64,000 bases of DNA from Eledone cirrhosa (Eukaryota): contig OZ024740.1 in NCBI GenBank assembly GCA_964016885.1, forward strand, positions 132,804,001-132,868,000, given 5' to 3'. Below, one piece after another: positions 30,826 through 43,715 of this stretch. Both the position numbers and the translations under genes were made by a program. The stretch's first letter is position 1. Every line of letters starts with the position of its first letter. The notes under the pieces are model-generated. The model saw only the letters and a program-made list of their open reading frames with translations, was not told the origin of the DNA and made no database searches.

Positions 30826-32025
30826 GTAGTTGAAGCAGTGATGGTGGCGATATACCGGATTTGAAACGTTTAAGTGAAGTGAATCAATTGAAATAAGCAA
30901 TACATGAAATTATTTATGTTTAATCATGTGTTACAAACTTTAGTAGATACTTTATATAATATCCATTCATTATTTATTCAAAGTAATCCAACTTAGTTTA
31001 CTAACGGGATAAAAACATATAAAACGGACGCTGTCCCGCACCCCTCCCTTTATTATATTATAGATAATAACGATAGCAATTTAAAACACAAATCGCTTTT
31101 TGACATATATGGAAACACCTTGCCACAGTTTACAAATCTTTAGCAACTTTGCATTGATAGAGGAACCAAAAGTCATATCATTTGTTATACCGAAGAATAA
31201 TTCTCTAGTAATAGAGAGCTCATAATTATACAATATTTTCTCATCAAAACCTTATGTTGAACACAAATTAATTTATATCAATAAGTCCTTATTTGTAAAT
31301 TTTATCTATAAATGTATATTGTACTGATATGAAGATCGAAGCTGGTATACTTCTTTTCTGTAAATGTTCTCTTATTCTTCAAATCGAGGGTGGAATGTAG
31401 CCACATTTTTAGGCAAATAATGTCCATGATATTTATATATTACTTAAATGTCTAATATAATGTATATATAATATTTATTTCGTATATTGTCTTTTATTTT
31501 CATCTATTCATATATTTTCATTAAATAAAGTTTGCACAAATTCATGATTAAATTTCTTTCAGCCATTAAATATATTCACACAATGTTTACTCTTTCATAT
31601 CAACACATGTTCACAAGCCTTCTTAACATCTAAAGTATAATTTTCACATTATTGTAAAATGAAACCACTTAACAAAATGGTAACATGGTTTCTCTTCAAG
31701 GAAATTTTATAGCGTAACTATATACTAGTTTTGTTATACGTTTTATATCCCATTTCATGTAGGATCTATTTATCAACCAATTATGCTCATAACAGAGGAG
31801 ATTACTGATGCATATTTCGCTAGTCGTAGTATGTTTAATCGTTCCGTTTTGATAACATGAACACACGCTGCTGCAGCTTACTCACGGAAACAAAAGTCAA
31901 TTTTCAAAATAACGGAACTAATTAGATACAGATGAGGTGAAAGTACTTTGATACCATTGGAATACTTGTTGCTTCAATGAATAAGGCTATTTTCTAATAA
32001 TTCACTTCATTCTAAAGTTTAATGG

Positions 32026-32066
<41 letters not shown>

Positions 32067-32787
32067 AATATAATTGTACTATGAAAATTAGCCAAACACG
32101 CTGTGCTAATAAACAGAAACAGACAGACCAGGTTGAGTATCACCTGTAGAAATATAACTTACATCAGCTGAACGGTTGTGTTATATTACAAATAATCACT
32201 TTGCAAAGATGTGTTCACATTTCCCCGTCTCTCACCCTTTATATTCTCATCTTGTTCAATGACTTAGAAATAGCTAACAATGTTTGAAATTTGAAATTTG
32301 TTCAGCGCATTCCTAAAAGATTAACTTTCTTTATATTAATGTACATATCAAAGCATGATTTTAAAAAAAAAGTATATAAGGAAAATAAATTGAAAATGCA
32401 GCTGGAGTCTTTTAAGAAAATGTATTTGCTTTACCTGTTTCACAGTTCTTATGATATTTAAAAGTAAAATTGAGATAGATGCTTTATCATTCTGTGGTGG
32501 TTTCTATCACATGTAGCTGGAGTTCGAAAATTCCTTCTATTTTAAACGAAAAAAGTGTCTCAGATTGGTATTGCTTCAAAATCTAATTTGGTTGGTTGAT
32601 GGTTGTTACGTGCTATGATATTTCAAGTTTTGCGTCAACATAAGGTGGTCAGAGAGTGAGAGAAGCGGAGAATTGGAATGTTCTAATTCAGTGAGCGTGG
32701 TTGATATCGAGGTGCTGAGGAATGTCAGATTTTAAAAGATGTCAAATTTCAGAATTCCAATTGAAATGTGTGTGTGTGTGTTTGTGA

Positions 32788-32931
<144 letters not shown>

Positions 32932-33054
32932 CTTAGTTGCACATCAAATAAAGGTAACATTTCATAATTTACGTAAATACTGTGTAGATTTATTTAAGCT
33001 TACACACACACACACACACGCACACACGCACAAGCACACACACACGCACATATA

Positions 33055-33088
<34 letters not shown>

Positions 33089-33090
<2 letters not shown>

Positions 33091-36000
33091 TAAAAGGAAA
33101 AGAAAATGCTGACAAATTGTTGCCAGTGAAAAATAGTTTAATTAGGAATAAGTAAAAATTAGTAATAAGTATTGGTTAGTATTCAGTTTTAGTTTTAAGT
33201 TTTTACCGGTTGCGCATTTCTAATGCTTTTCAAAAATAATTTTGAGATAGAGCGCCTGTGATGTTTACTCTAATCTAATAAGTTTGGGAAATTCTACCTG
33301 TTTTATGTGAAAAAAGTGTCTCCAGAGGTATTAAAATAAGTTTCGCGCCAATTCGTGTTGCAAAAATTCTTGTGGTCAAAACAATTTTGATTGGTCGGTA
33401 GAGGTCACGGGAATGTTAAAAATTGATTTTGCGCCAAATGTAGGTTTGTCGAAGAGTGTCCTTTTTCGCCTGATTGAGAAGTCACTGAAAAATAAGTCTT
33501 TTAAGACAAATATGTGTGTGTAGTAAAGAGGTTCATTGTTGTGATAATGGTCAGTAGGGATGTGTGTGTGAATTGCAGTCATGTTGAAAGGTCAACAGTT
33601 CAGGTGCCTATTAAGACAAATATATATGTGTGTGTGTGTGTAGCAGAGTAATTCGTGGTAGAGGGATCGGTCAGTAGGAATGTGACTGTACGTGTGTGGG
33701 GGATATTTTAACATGTTGAAAGATATATTTCAGCTCTTGTCTTATACGGAGAAGTGTGTGTGTGTGTGTGTGTATGTCTCTTTGTATGTTAGTGTACGCG
33801 GGTGTATGTGTGTGTATATATGTGTGTGTGTGTGTATGTGTATATGTGTGTATGTGTGTGTATGGGGGGGGGCCAATATTTTTGTGATACTGGTAAAAAT
33901 GGTGTACATTATTCGATATTTTCAGCAAAAACGATTCTCTCAAGAGAACATCAAAAACATTAATAATAAAAGGTGTGAAATGATATATAGCATTGTCATA
34001 ACACCAAGGTGTGTGTGAGTGTCCAGATTGTTCGTGCTGCAAGGGGATTCATAGGCCCTGCCGTATTGGAATACTTGTGTACAAATATGTATGTGCCCAT
34101 TAGTGTGCAATGCATGTGTGCGTATATATGTGTGTGTGTGTCGGCACGTTTATATCTATAGACATCAAAAGGTATGCAAATTTGTGTATATTTGTGTTGC
34201 ACCATAGAACATGTGTGTTTACGTATGTCATTGTGTTTATATGTGGATAGAGATGTATGTAGAATGTATGCTGGTGTAGGTATGTATGTTGACGTGTGTA
34301 TGTTGTGGGTTCGTCTTAGGGAGAAGTGTTAAGACGGGGTCCGTATTTGTTAATAAAGTGAGATTCCTTGCTGATGCGCTGGGTTTGGGTGGCATTATCT
34401 TTAAATTCATAGAGGGGAAAGATTCTGAAGTTGGGATGATTTGGGGCGGCACAGGTATCAATATGTTCACTGAGTGGTATTTTCATGAATTCCCGTATTT
34501 TAATTTGGGATCTATGGACAGTCATGCGTTGGCGGAGGCTGGTTTGGTCTGGCCTATGTATTGTTCTCGACAACCTGAGCAAGTTAATACATATATTAGA
34601 TTTTCTGATGCGCATATGAAATGGTGTTTTACTATAAAACGTTGTCCTTCTTTGAAATAGAATTCCGAACCCTCTATTAGGTTGATGCATATGCCACAGT
34701 TGGGTCTATCGCATTTTTTTTATTGTGGGTTTCGTTGTTGTGGTTGGCAGTACTTTGGCATGTGTTAAGATGTTTTTCATTGACTTAGATTGTCTTTTGC
34801 TCTTTATGATATCGTGTGTTCGAAGGATTTGGTTCATTCTATGGTCCTTTTTTTAACTCAGAGATGTTCTGGAGGATGGTGTCAAAGGCCTCATTGTTGA
34901 TGGGTTGTGTGTGGAGATGTATGGAAGAGCTTTTAGTTTCGGTTGATTTACTTTAGGGTGTCTAAGGTCCTGGGTACTGAGTTTTAGGGCACGTTGGATT
35001 CCATTGTTAATTAGTGATGCAGTGTAGTCCCTGCCTATGAGTATATCATTTAGTTCTTGTAGCCGTAAGTAACAGGTGTTTTTATTGGAGACTATAGTAC
35101 AGATTCTCTTGGCTAAGTTGTAGGGAATATTGATTTTAACGTGTCTAGGGTGGCAAGAGTTGAAATGAAGATATTGCTTGGAGTCTGTCGGCTTGTTGTA
35201 TATGTCTGTTTCTATTTTTTTGTTATGAATCTTAATGGGGCTGTCGAGGAAGGGGAGTTGTTGATGGCTGTATTCCATCGTAAAGTTAATATTCGTGTTG
35301 AGCCCATTTATAAAGATGTGAAATTCTTTAAGTTTCTCGATGTTTTCGTGCCAAAGGATGAAGCAGTCATCTAGATATCGCTTCCAGCTTTTTCTATGTG
35401 TAAGTGGAGAGTGCTTCCAAATTTGTTTAGTACTTTAGTGTAGAGGTTGATTTCCAGGTATCCCATGACTAGGTTGTCATAAGTGGGGGCTGTTTTCGTT
35501 CCCATAGCGGTCCCAGATTTCTGCCTGTAGGATTTGTTATTGAAAACGAAGTAATTGTTCTCCAATATAAATGTGATTCCCTCTATCACGAAATCTTTTA
35601 TGATGCGTTGTGGGAGTTCATTGTGGTAATTATCCAGTCATAATTGGATAGCTCCTATTCCTAGGTTGTGGGGGATGTTGGAGTATAAGTTGACTACATC
35701 GAACGTCACTAGTAGGGTTTGTTCAGAAAGGGGCATATTAGGGAGGTGATTGAGCATATCTAGGTCGTCCCTTACATAGCTTTTGATGTGTTTGAGAAAA
35801 GGCTTGAGAAGCGTAACAATGAAGTTGCTAAGGCGGTAGGATTCGCAAGCGGGGCCTGCTATTATAGGTCTTAATTTGAGATCATTGGGTGAGGGGACAT
35901 TGATGACTATGTCTGTGGCTTCCTTGCATGCCTTACTTATTTATTCGCTTTTATGTAATTCATGGATACCGTAGAAAAGGCCAGACTTACTTGTGAAGTC

Positions 36001-37310
36001 TGTGATGAAGCTGAATTCCTTGTTAGTGGTCCTTCTTTGTATCGGTTGATCAGAGTTTTTAGGTTTCTCATAAGTTTCTGTTGAATGTAGCGTTCAGCCT
36101 GTTCGTAGTATGTTTCGTTTTCCAAAGTGGAGAGTGCTAAGTTGATATAGAATTCTGTCTCCATTAGGACTACTGTACTCCCTTTATCTGCCTCTTTAAT
36201 CGTAATGGTTCTGTCGGCTTTTAATCTATTTAATTCTTCCCATTCTACCTTGTTGAGGTTTGGCTTGTGTTTTTGTCTGTGCAAGTGTTGGTAAGAGAAG
36301 TTTGTGATGTGTTCACAGAATTAGTCCAAGATTTTATTTCTACCTTTTGATGGGGTGTAGTTGCTTCTATTTCTGGCTAATGATTCATCCTCATTGTACT
36401 GGTTGAATAGTTTTCACTGAGTCGTAACTTTCTACAGAAGTCTGTGATGTCTTCCTTCATTTCATAGTAGTTTGGACGGAGTGAGGTCGGTATGAATTTA
36501 AGACCTTTGGAGAGTAAGTTGATAAGGTTGGGTGTTAGTTCTGCACCAGTTAGATTGATAATTTGTATTACTCTCGGTTTCTCCTCCCTGACTTGTGTTA
36601 TTTTGTTTGCCTGTATCTGTGTGCTGTGTCTAAAAAATGGTTGGAGTCGAGGGGTTGTCTGCAGATGTTAAGTGGTCTCCTGTGTTTGTTATATTCTTTG
36701 TTGTTGTAAAATGTGGTTCGGGTTCGTGGTTGTAGATTGAATGGGGTGTTACTGTATTGCGAGTATGGATGTGTGTTTCTATGTGCCATGTTAGATTGTG
36801 GTGTTATAGGTGGCCTACATTGTTGGTTGTATCGTGTGGTGTGGGTTTGTTGTGTATTGTGGAACCGAGAGTTGATAAAATGGAAATTACCTTGCTTTCC
36901 CCTTGAAGCGGGGAAGTTGTTACATCTATCATGGTGGTGGTATCTTTTCCCTATGTTTGACGATGAGGTATCCGCGTAGTAGTTGAGTGATTTGGTATGA
37001 GGTCTTCTTGAAGGGGGAAAGTTGTAAATGTCATACTGGGGGTGATGATTTCTAGGGTTTTTGTTCCTTCTTATGGAAGCGAGGGTAGGAAGTTCATCTT
37101 CGGTGTGGTTCTTCCTTCTTCTTTTGTTAGTGGTTGGGGGGTTTGCGAAGTTGTTGTGCGGTTCGGTTATGGGTTTTCCTATTTTTATGAACAGGTTATT
37201 GGAGGTGTAATCAGTTTGAAAAGTTGATTCATAGTTTAGGAACCAAGCGGCACTTTTTTCCCAGCGTTGAAGGGATTTCAGTTCTTCTTTGTTGCGGTCC
37301 CCTTTCCATA
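33089..37310 (-). mobile_element. Long disrupted PLE, Neptune-like (RT + Cys linker + GIY-YIG + CA-rich 3' UTR + pseudo-LTR)
   Basis: KEADKG, LRPII, TFDVVNLYSNIP, GTAMGT..AP, RYLDDCF, LPFLD, TDIYNKPTD..SCHP, CDRPNCGIC, NLIYVLTC..YIGQT and RMTVHRSQI..EHIDTC. Multiple frameshifts and stops; flanked by microsatellites. Confidence 0.93.
33199..33237 (-). ncRNA. Variant hammerhead-like motif (U3/A8 core, GCAA instead of GAAA)
   Basis: UUU-UUGAAAA-GCAUU(aga)AAUGC-GCAA-CCGG-UA^AAA. The same variant occurs at 57922-57959. Confidence 0.55.
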
Positions 37311-37321
37311 GTATAGAGATC

Positions 37322-37452
<131 letters not shown>

Positions 37453-37584
37453 GTGTCTGTGAGGGTGTGGGTGTGTGTGTTTTATTTTATACAATTAATG
37501 AAAGTTGGTTGATCATATATTCCACCGAATGTTTTTGTAAACAAAGTAAAACACTCTACGTGTGTATTATTTAGGATTTCCTCG

Positions 37585-37647
37585 GTACGTCTTCCTTTTA
37601 TTACATAATTCTGTAATACACAATTATGTAATAAAAGGAAGACGTAC
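37585..37647. repeat. Perfect 26-bp inverted repeat with an 11-nt spacer
   Basis: gtacgtcttccttttattacataatt pairs with aattatgtaataaaaggaagacgtac. Confidence 0.9.
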
Positions 37648-37673
37648 ACATAAACGTGAATCTCCTATGTGTA

Positions 37674-37761
<88 letters not shown>

Positions 37762-37765
<4 letters not shown>

Positions 37766-38414
37766 AATATAAGTATGTCTAAGTACATGCATATATGTAT
37801 ACAGACGTACAGTAGTATGTATATACATACGTATATGCACACATATATATGTACGTATGGGTTTACCGAACATTTATTACAATGCTCGGTTTGTTTGTAA
37901 ACAAACAGTCAGAATTATTAGCCGTACAGTGTTCGGCACCCATCGTTGTCCCCTTGTTCATCACTGACAAAAGAACGATGAACAAGTTTCTAGCTTAGCA
38001 GCTGTCATCAGCACCGTATACCTTCCTGCCAGTCGATTGAACGTTTGAAAGTATATACTTTCCTTATGCATATTATCGGCTGAGCAGCCTAATTTGCATA
38101 TCGAGTGAGTTAGTCGGCCGGGCGTACCGAAAACGAGAAATGGAAAAAATGAAATTCATTTCTCACTCTTAGTACGGCTGATACTTAAATATAAGTATGT
38201 GTACGGCTTAATTTGGGCTGTTTGTTTACAAACAAACCGAGCATTATAATACATGTTCGGTAAACCCATACGTACATATATATATATATATGTGTGCATG
38301 TATGTATGTATACACATACTACTCTACGTCTGTATACATATGTGTCTGTACGTACACATACTTGTATTTAAGTATCAGCCGTACTAAGAGTGAGAAACGA
38401 AATTTCATTTTTTC

Positions 38415-38420
<6 letters not shown>
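37762..38420. mobile_element. Non-autonomous HHR element (family X): a full unit of about 430 nt on the minus strand (38205 to 37762) joined head-to-head to a truncated plus-strand copy (38201-38420), between (TA)n tracts
   Basis: 37775-37927 mirrors 38201-38352 and 38145-38205 mirrors 38351-38415. An HHR lies at 37975-38017, there is no ORF, and a homolog sits at 48923-49640. Confidence 0.8.
37975..38017 (-). ncRNA. Type I hammerhead ribozyme with canonical core
   Basis: ACGGUG-CUGAUGA-C-AGCU(gcua)AGCU-A-GAAA-CUUG-UU^CAUCGU. Stem I has 6 bp (one G-U), stem II has 4 bp closed by a C-A mismatch, and the triplet is GUU. Confidence 0.82.
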
Positions 38421-38481
<61 letters not shown>

Positions 38482-39791
38482 CATGTTGTATGTACGGGTT
38501 TATACAATGATGTTTGTTTGAAGTATACCATGCATAACATTAAGTTCATTTATGTACATTTGTATAGAGTAATCTGGGGTTTCATACGCATCTGTTTAAA
38601 AACTACACATTAAGACATTGCCATAGTAAATGCATTGGTAGCGAACGACAGAATAATAAGAAACCATATATTTCGGAACTATTAAGCGAAATCTTTAATC
38701 ACATATCTTCTAGTTCTTCTTAATGTATTTGACATGTAAATGACATTCTGTACGGATATTTTGACACAAATCTCAATACTTCATGCCGAAACCAATCTGA
38801 CATTTCTCATGTTCATTCATACATGTGACACCTTAATGATAATACTGCTATACCTCTCCGTACGTCGTTAATTGATTCCAGACGTCAAGGCTCGAAAAGC
38901 GATGAATGAGAAAGTAACCCCTATAAACCGCTAAAAGAATGTATAATACGTTACATTACGTTGTATATTTTAGCATTTATTCAAATATGAAGTTATATGC
39001 TTTTATTGACTCTTATGCTTGTATGGTTTAATAATTTTGGCAGACTGACGTAAAGTTGTGCAAATCGGCATAACTCGAGGTTTATTTTTGCCATATAGTA
39101 TTACGACAAGCCACCGTAACTTCGGAAATGACGAAACTCGAAATAACGTAACTCAGTGTATACTTGTATATCAATATATATATATATATCAAAATGCTGA
39201 AATTATAAACATCATTAACCGATATTTGGATATGTTTGGCCCGTCATCAGAAGACGTGTATAACTGCAATCGACCAGAAGAAAACATGTATGTCATGGGT
39301 ATATGCCCATTCGCTTCTCATATCATTCTGAAATGTACATTCTAATTTGCATATAATTAGCGCTTGTGTTGGTAAAGAATTAATTAATATATATTGTAAG
39401 AAATCCGCTAGTAGCGGATGTGTTTGCTCAAATAATATCTGTATACCGAGATAGTATATAACCTAGTGTGCGCCAAAGCGTATAAATATACATATATATA
39501 TATATATAATATGTAGACATGTAAACATTTCTAAAAAAGTGAATTTTCCTTTAAATTCGAAAATTAATAAACATCTTTATTAGATTTTCGGACATTCTTG
39601 TACGCTCATAAGAAGATTCAATGATTTGTTATTATTTTATTTACATGTAAATTTGTATATTCTGGCATGTTTACAAGCCTACATAATAGATATGCGTATA
39701 TATGTATAGACTTTTGGCATTCTCAGGTACACACTCTGTATTTGTACAGATATAATTTTATCATAGACTTCAGCTGCTAGCACATTTCTTA

Positions 39792-39870
<79 letters not shown>

Positions 39871-39872
<2 letters not shown>

Positions 39873-40068
39873 AAGAAAGTCTGGTAAGGAAACAGGTGGA
39901 CCTTAACACACCAGAGTACTCGATACTTAGGGTAGTATAGTAGGAAATAGAAAAAGATTCAGGACCCCTGTGGCTGAGCTCCGGCCGTTTCGACAGCTAG
40001 ATCCGATCTGGGTTCGGATCTGGCTGTCGAAACGGCCGGAGCTCAGCCACAGGGGTCATGACTCATTT

Positions 40069-40072
<4 letters not shown>
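39871..40072. mobile_element. GC-rich fold-back insertion (44-bp arms 39963-40006 and 40014-40057, one mismatch) between (TA)n tracts
   Basis: Direct reverse-complement match containing GAAA-CGGCCG (possible HHR 3' half). The left arm has an extra tail of about 70 nt. Confidence 0.85.
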
Positions 40073-40134
<62 letters not shown>

Positions 40135-40159
40135 TATCGGTATAATAGCAGTCAACTAT

Positions 40160-40330
40160 CTTTGCAACATAGAGTTACGGCCTTTTACACACTCATTTCA
40201 AACGCTGCCGAGGTTAGCTTTGCCTTCCATCCGTACTGGGTCGATCAAGTGAAGCACTAGTAACGTACTGGTGTAAATTTTATTGATTTTCCCACCCACA
40301 TAATAGTTGGATTTATGCTTAAATTAGACA

Positions 40331-40335
<5 letters not shown>
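40160..40335 (+). mobile_element. Decayed SINE S1
   Basis: gccgaggttagctttgccttccatcc..gggtcgat..gtaacgtactgg. Confidence 0.7.
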
Positions 40336-40379
<44 letters not shown>

Positions 40380-41578
40380 TTGTGTGTAATGTATAACGCC
40401 ACGTGAGGGTGCAAATGAAGATGGTCCTGTGTTTAGTTGGTTCTTACAAGGAGAATATTCTGATGCCAATTCGTAAAAATGATACGATATTGTTCCAACG
40501 TATAATTGAAACCAATATGTACGAGTACACATGAATAGTCTTAGATTATATTATTTCAAATATAGAAAAAAAAATTGTTTTACATCCTCGTCCTAAATTA
40601 AATATTTTTTATTAATAAAAACGGTTCACACTGTAACCTTCTATCAATACTATCTTGATCCATTCATAATTGGTGTGGTCATCCCATAAATTCATTTGGC
40701 TTTAACTATTTAATATAAATTGTTTTCTCTGCAAACACAACATCCATGAGATATAATTCTGAAATAAACATTAAATATAATCATGTATACATTTACAGTG
40801 GAGACGTTCTAGTTTTATGCATTTTATCTTCATACAGATCTATTCACATGCTTTAAAACCTCATATACGCTTGCATTAGAAATAACTTTAGCAAAGATAA
40901 TAAACATGTCAAAAATTGAAAAGCAGCCAAAATAAATATAGTTTTGAAAAATTAATAAGATCTTTTGAATATTAGTAATACATGATGTATTTTATATTCT
41001 TTTTAAGGGACAAGATAAATCTGAAATTTTATGAGGAAACTGATAGCAGTAGAATTATATTTATTTTCATTTTACAGAGAGTGAAATATATAGCTAAATC
41101 TCCATTTAGAAATGGACGATAAAAGTTTCAATTGTAAATGGAACAGTTGGAGTTCCAAGAATCAGAATAACCCACTCGAGAATTATAAAATAAACAAAAA
41201 GGAAATGGAAAATAAGAATTGATCTTGTTATTTCACAAATATCAAATATTAAGCGAGGAAATAGAAATAAAATGTTGATTACTATCAGCTATATTTTTAA
41301 GTGTTATATTGTAAAATTCATAGTTTTCTTAACGAAAACAACATACCATTCGCGCACACACACAGAAACACAATTCATTTCAAATATGTGAATGGGAAAA
41401 GTATTTTGGGTCATAACAACTAGCGCATTTTGTGACACTGAAATATTTCAGGACGGATGTTTATACCCATATATGAGCGATTTCTCCTTCACTATCTCTT
41501 TCTCTTACCTCTTTTCTTTTCACCTATCTCATTCACAACTTCTCTCTTTCTCTCTCTCTAACTCTCTCTCTCACCCTC

Positions 41579-41631
<53 letters not shown>

Positions 41632-41869
41632 GCATTTGCAGTTGAGTTACGTTCGCATAATTGTTATACTGTCATAATTAGGCGAGTCTACACACGTCAG
41701 TAATTTTTAGTTCAGATATTGGGTACATAAACCTCACGATGTATAGCGTGAGAGAGTGAAAAAGGGAGATAGAAAAACTATATATAGTTAGAAAAATATA
41801 TAGTAGTGCGTACATATATATAAAGCATGTAATATCAAGGAAAAATTATATACTTTAAGGTGAAAAAAC

Positions 41870-42299
41870 ATTTATTATTTTCCTCACGGTCACCGTTTCA
41901 TAGTTCCTAAACCGAAGCAAAAATTGATCTAAGCAATCGATTATCAATTAATAACTATGGAATTGTGTAAAGCTACGGAAGACGCGAAACTAATCATCAA
42001 GGGAATCGTCTTTGGATGAATTCTAGTAAAATACAGAAAACTTTTATACCTATCATGTTCCGAGAAGTAGTCAAACCTATACCTCGTAGTGTAAAGAATG
42101 TTTTCATCCCGGACGGCGCATAAAAAGTGGCGAAGTACTGGTCAGAGTATAATCATCTCAGCAAATTAAGAATTTGGGGCAAATATATACGAATTTAAGG
42201 TATTCTAACATATATAATGTGCATGAGGATTATGTTTCTCAGCAGAAACTATCAATTGACTTTTGTCCAGAGCAACCATAATTCAAATTAAAAGATATA

Positions 42300-42358
<59 letters not shown>

Positions 42359-42612
42359 GAAGATTCATATATCATGAGAGAAACATATAGTAATTCGTAC
42401 ACATATAAAAAGCATAATACTTAGGACAAAGTACATAATTTGTGGTTGAAAAGTTATTTTCCTTACGGTCACCTTAGGTCATAAACCTAAGCAAAAACTG
42501 ATCTAAGAAATCAATTATCGATTACAAACTATCGATTTTGGTAGCGCTAGGGAAGACGCGAATCTAATCATCTTAGTATACCGCCTTTGAGAGAACTTCC
42601 AATAAAGTACAA
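41870..42612. repeat. Diverged direct repeat of about 165 bp (41870-42035 and 42450-42612)
   Basis: Shared ttattttcct.acggtcacc, aagcaaaaa.tgatctaag and ggaagacgcgaa.ctaatcatc. Confidence 0.75.
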
Positions 42613-42922
42613 TATATATATATTTACTTATTTATAGAAGTTAGTTCACCACACCGAGAACAAATGTTTCACCTCATTCGGAACCCCAGGTCGGTCTAAA
42701 TCTATATACAAATATATATATAGAGTAGAATTGTAGCGCATCTCCACTCATTTAGGAATAGGAAACTAAGATTCTCTCTATATTACTCAATCAACCGACT
42801 CTAATATTGGCTACACCTTGCAATGGGAAATTGTGAACCAAAAAACCCTGCATAATTTCAGGAAAAATTACCAGCTCTGCTTAATGGAGTTATACTATAT
42901 AGTACAAGCACTCCAGGAACTC

Positions 42923-43208
42923 ATTAATAATTGTTTCTACTTTAGGCATAAGGCCAGCAATTACCAGTGCATTACTGGTACTTTATTTTATCGACCCCAT
43001 AAGGATGAAAGGTAAAGTAAACCTCGGCGGGATTTGAACTCAGACCGTAAAGGGACGTAACTATGCTGGAAAGCATGGCGTCCGACTCTCTACTGTCATT
43101 AATAATGCGGCCGAAACAGTCATCCTTACGGGGTCGATAAAATAATGTACCAGTAATGTACTGGATAACTGGTGGCCTTCTGCCAAAAATAGAAACAATT
43201 ATTATTAT
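42923..43208. mobile_element. SINE S1 (minus, 42923-43095) with an inverted 3'-half copy (plus, 43121-43208)
   Basis: ttttatcgacccc.taaggatg pairs with catccttacggggtcgataaaa. Both SINE tails point outward. Confidence 0.85.
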
Positions 43209-43223
43209 TACATATATATATAT

Positions 43224-43654
43224 ATATTTTTATGCTTTGGGAAGGTCATGTTGCCAATAAGAAACACACGCACCAGTTGCTTTCACTCCAATTTATTATA
43301 AATTAAATTTATAAATTTCCGGTTGGTTGGTTGGTTCCATAACCGGACGGTTGTTCATATATTGTCAAAGTTCTTTCGTCACACATTCTGTGACCTCTTC
43401 GCTGACTGGGGAGGTCACAGCATGTGTGACGAAAGAACTTTGACAATGTATGAACAACCGTTCGATGATGGAACCAACCAACCAACCGGAAATTTATAAA
43501 TTCTCAAATTTATAAATTTAATTTATAATAAATTGGAGTGAAAGCGACTGGTGCGTGTGTTTCTTATTGGCAACATGACCGTCCCAAACCATAACAATAT
43601 CGGTTTCAACATACGTTTTCAGATAAAGAATCTTGCTAAATAAATTCAGAAACG

Positions 43655-43657
<3 letters not shown>
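43224..43657. mobile_element. Fold-back insertion of the P1 pseudo-LTR (arms 43224-43397 and 43411-43600, tail 43601-43657), folded inside the HHR
   Basis: Both arms match 1368-1550, the 13-nt spacer is the HHR 5' part, and (TA)n lies on both sides. Confidence 0.92.

Positions 43658-43711
<54 letters not shown>

Positions 43712-43715
<4 letters not shown>

Noticed and set aside
30990-31065. Second Helitron on the minus strand (TCTATAATATAATAAA 5' end near 31064)
   Set aside because: I found no convincing 3' hairpin plus CTAG partner.
40630-40760. Minus-strand exon candidate after tttatttcAG
   Set aside because: All three frames hit stops and nothing else supports it.
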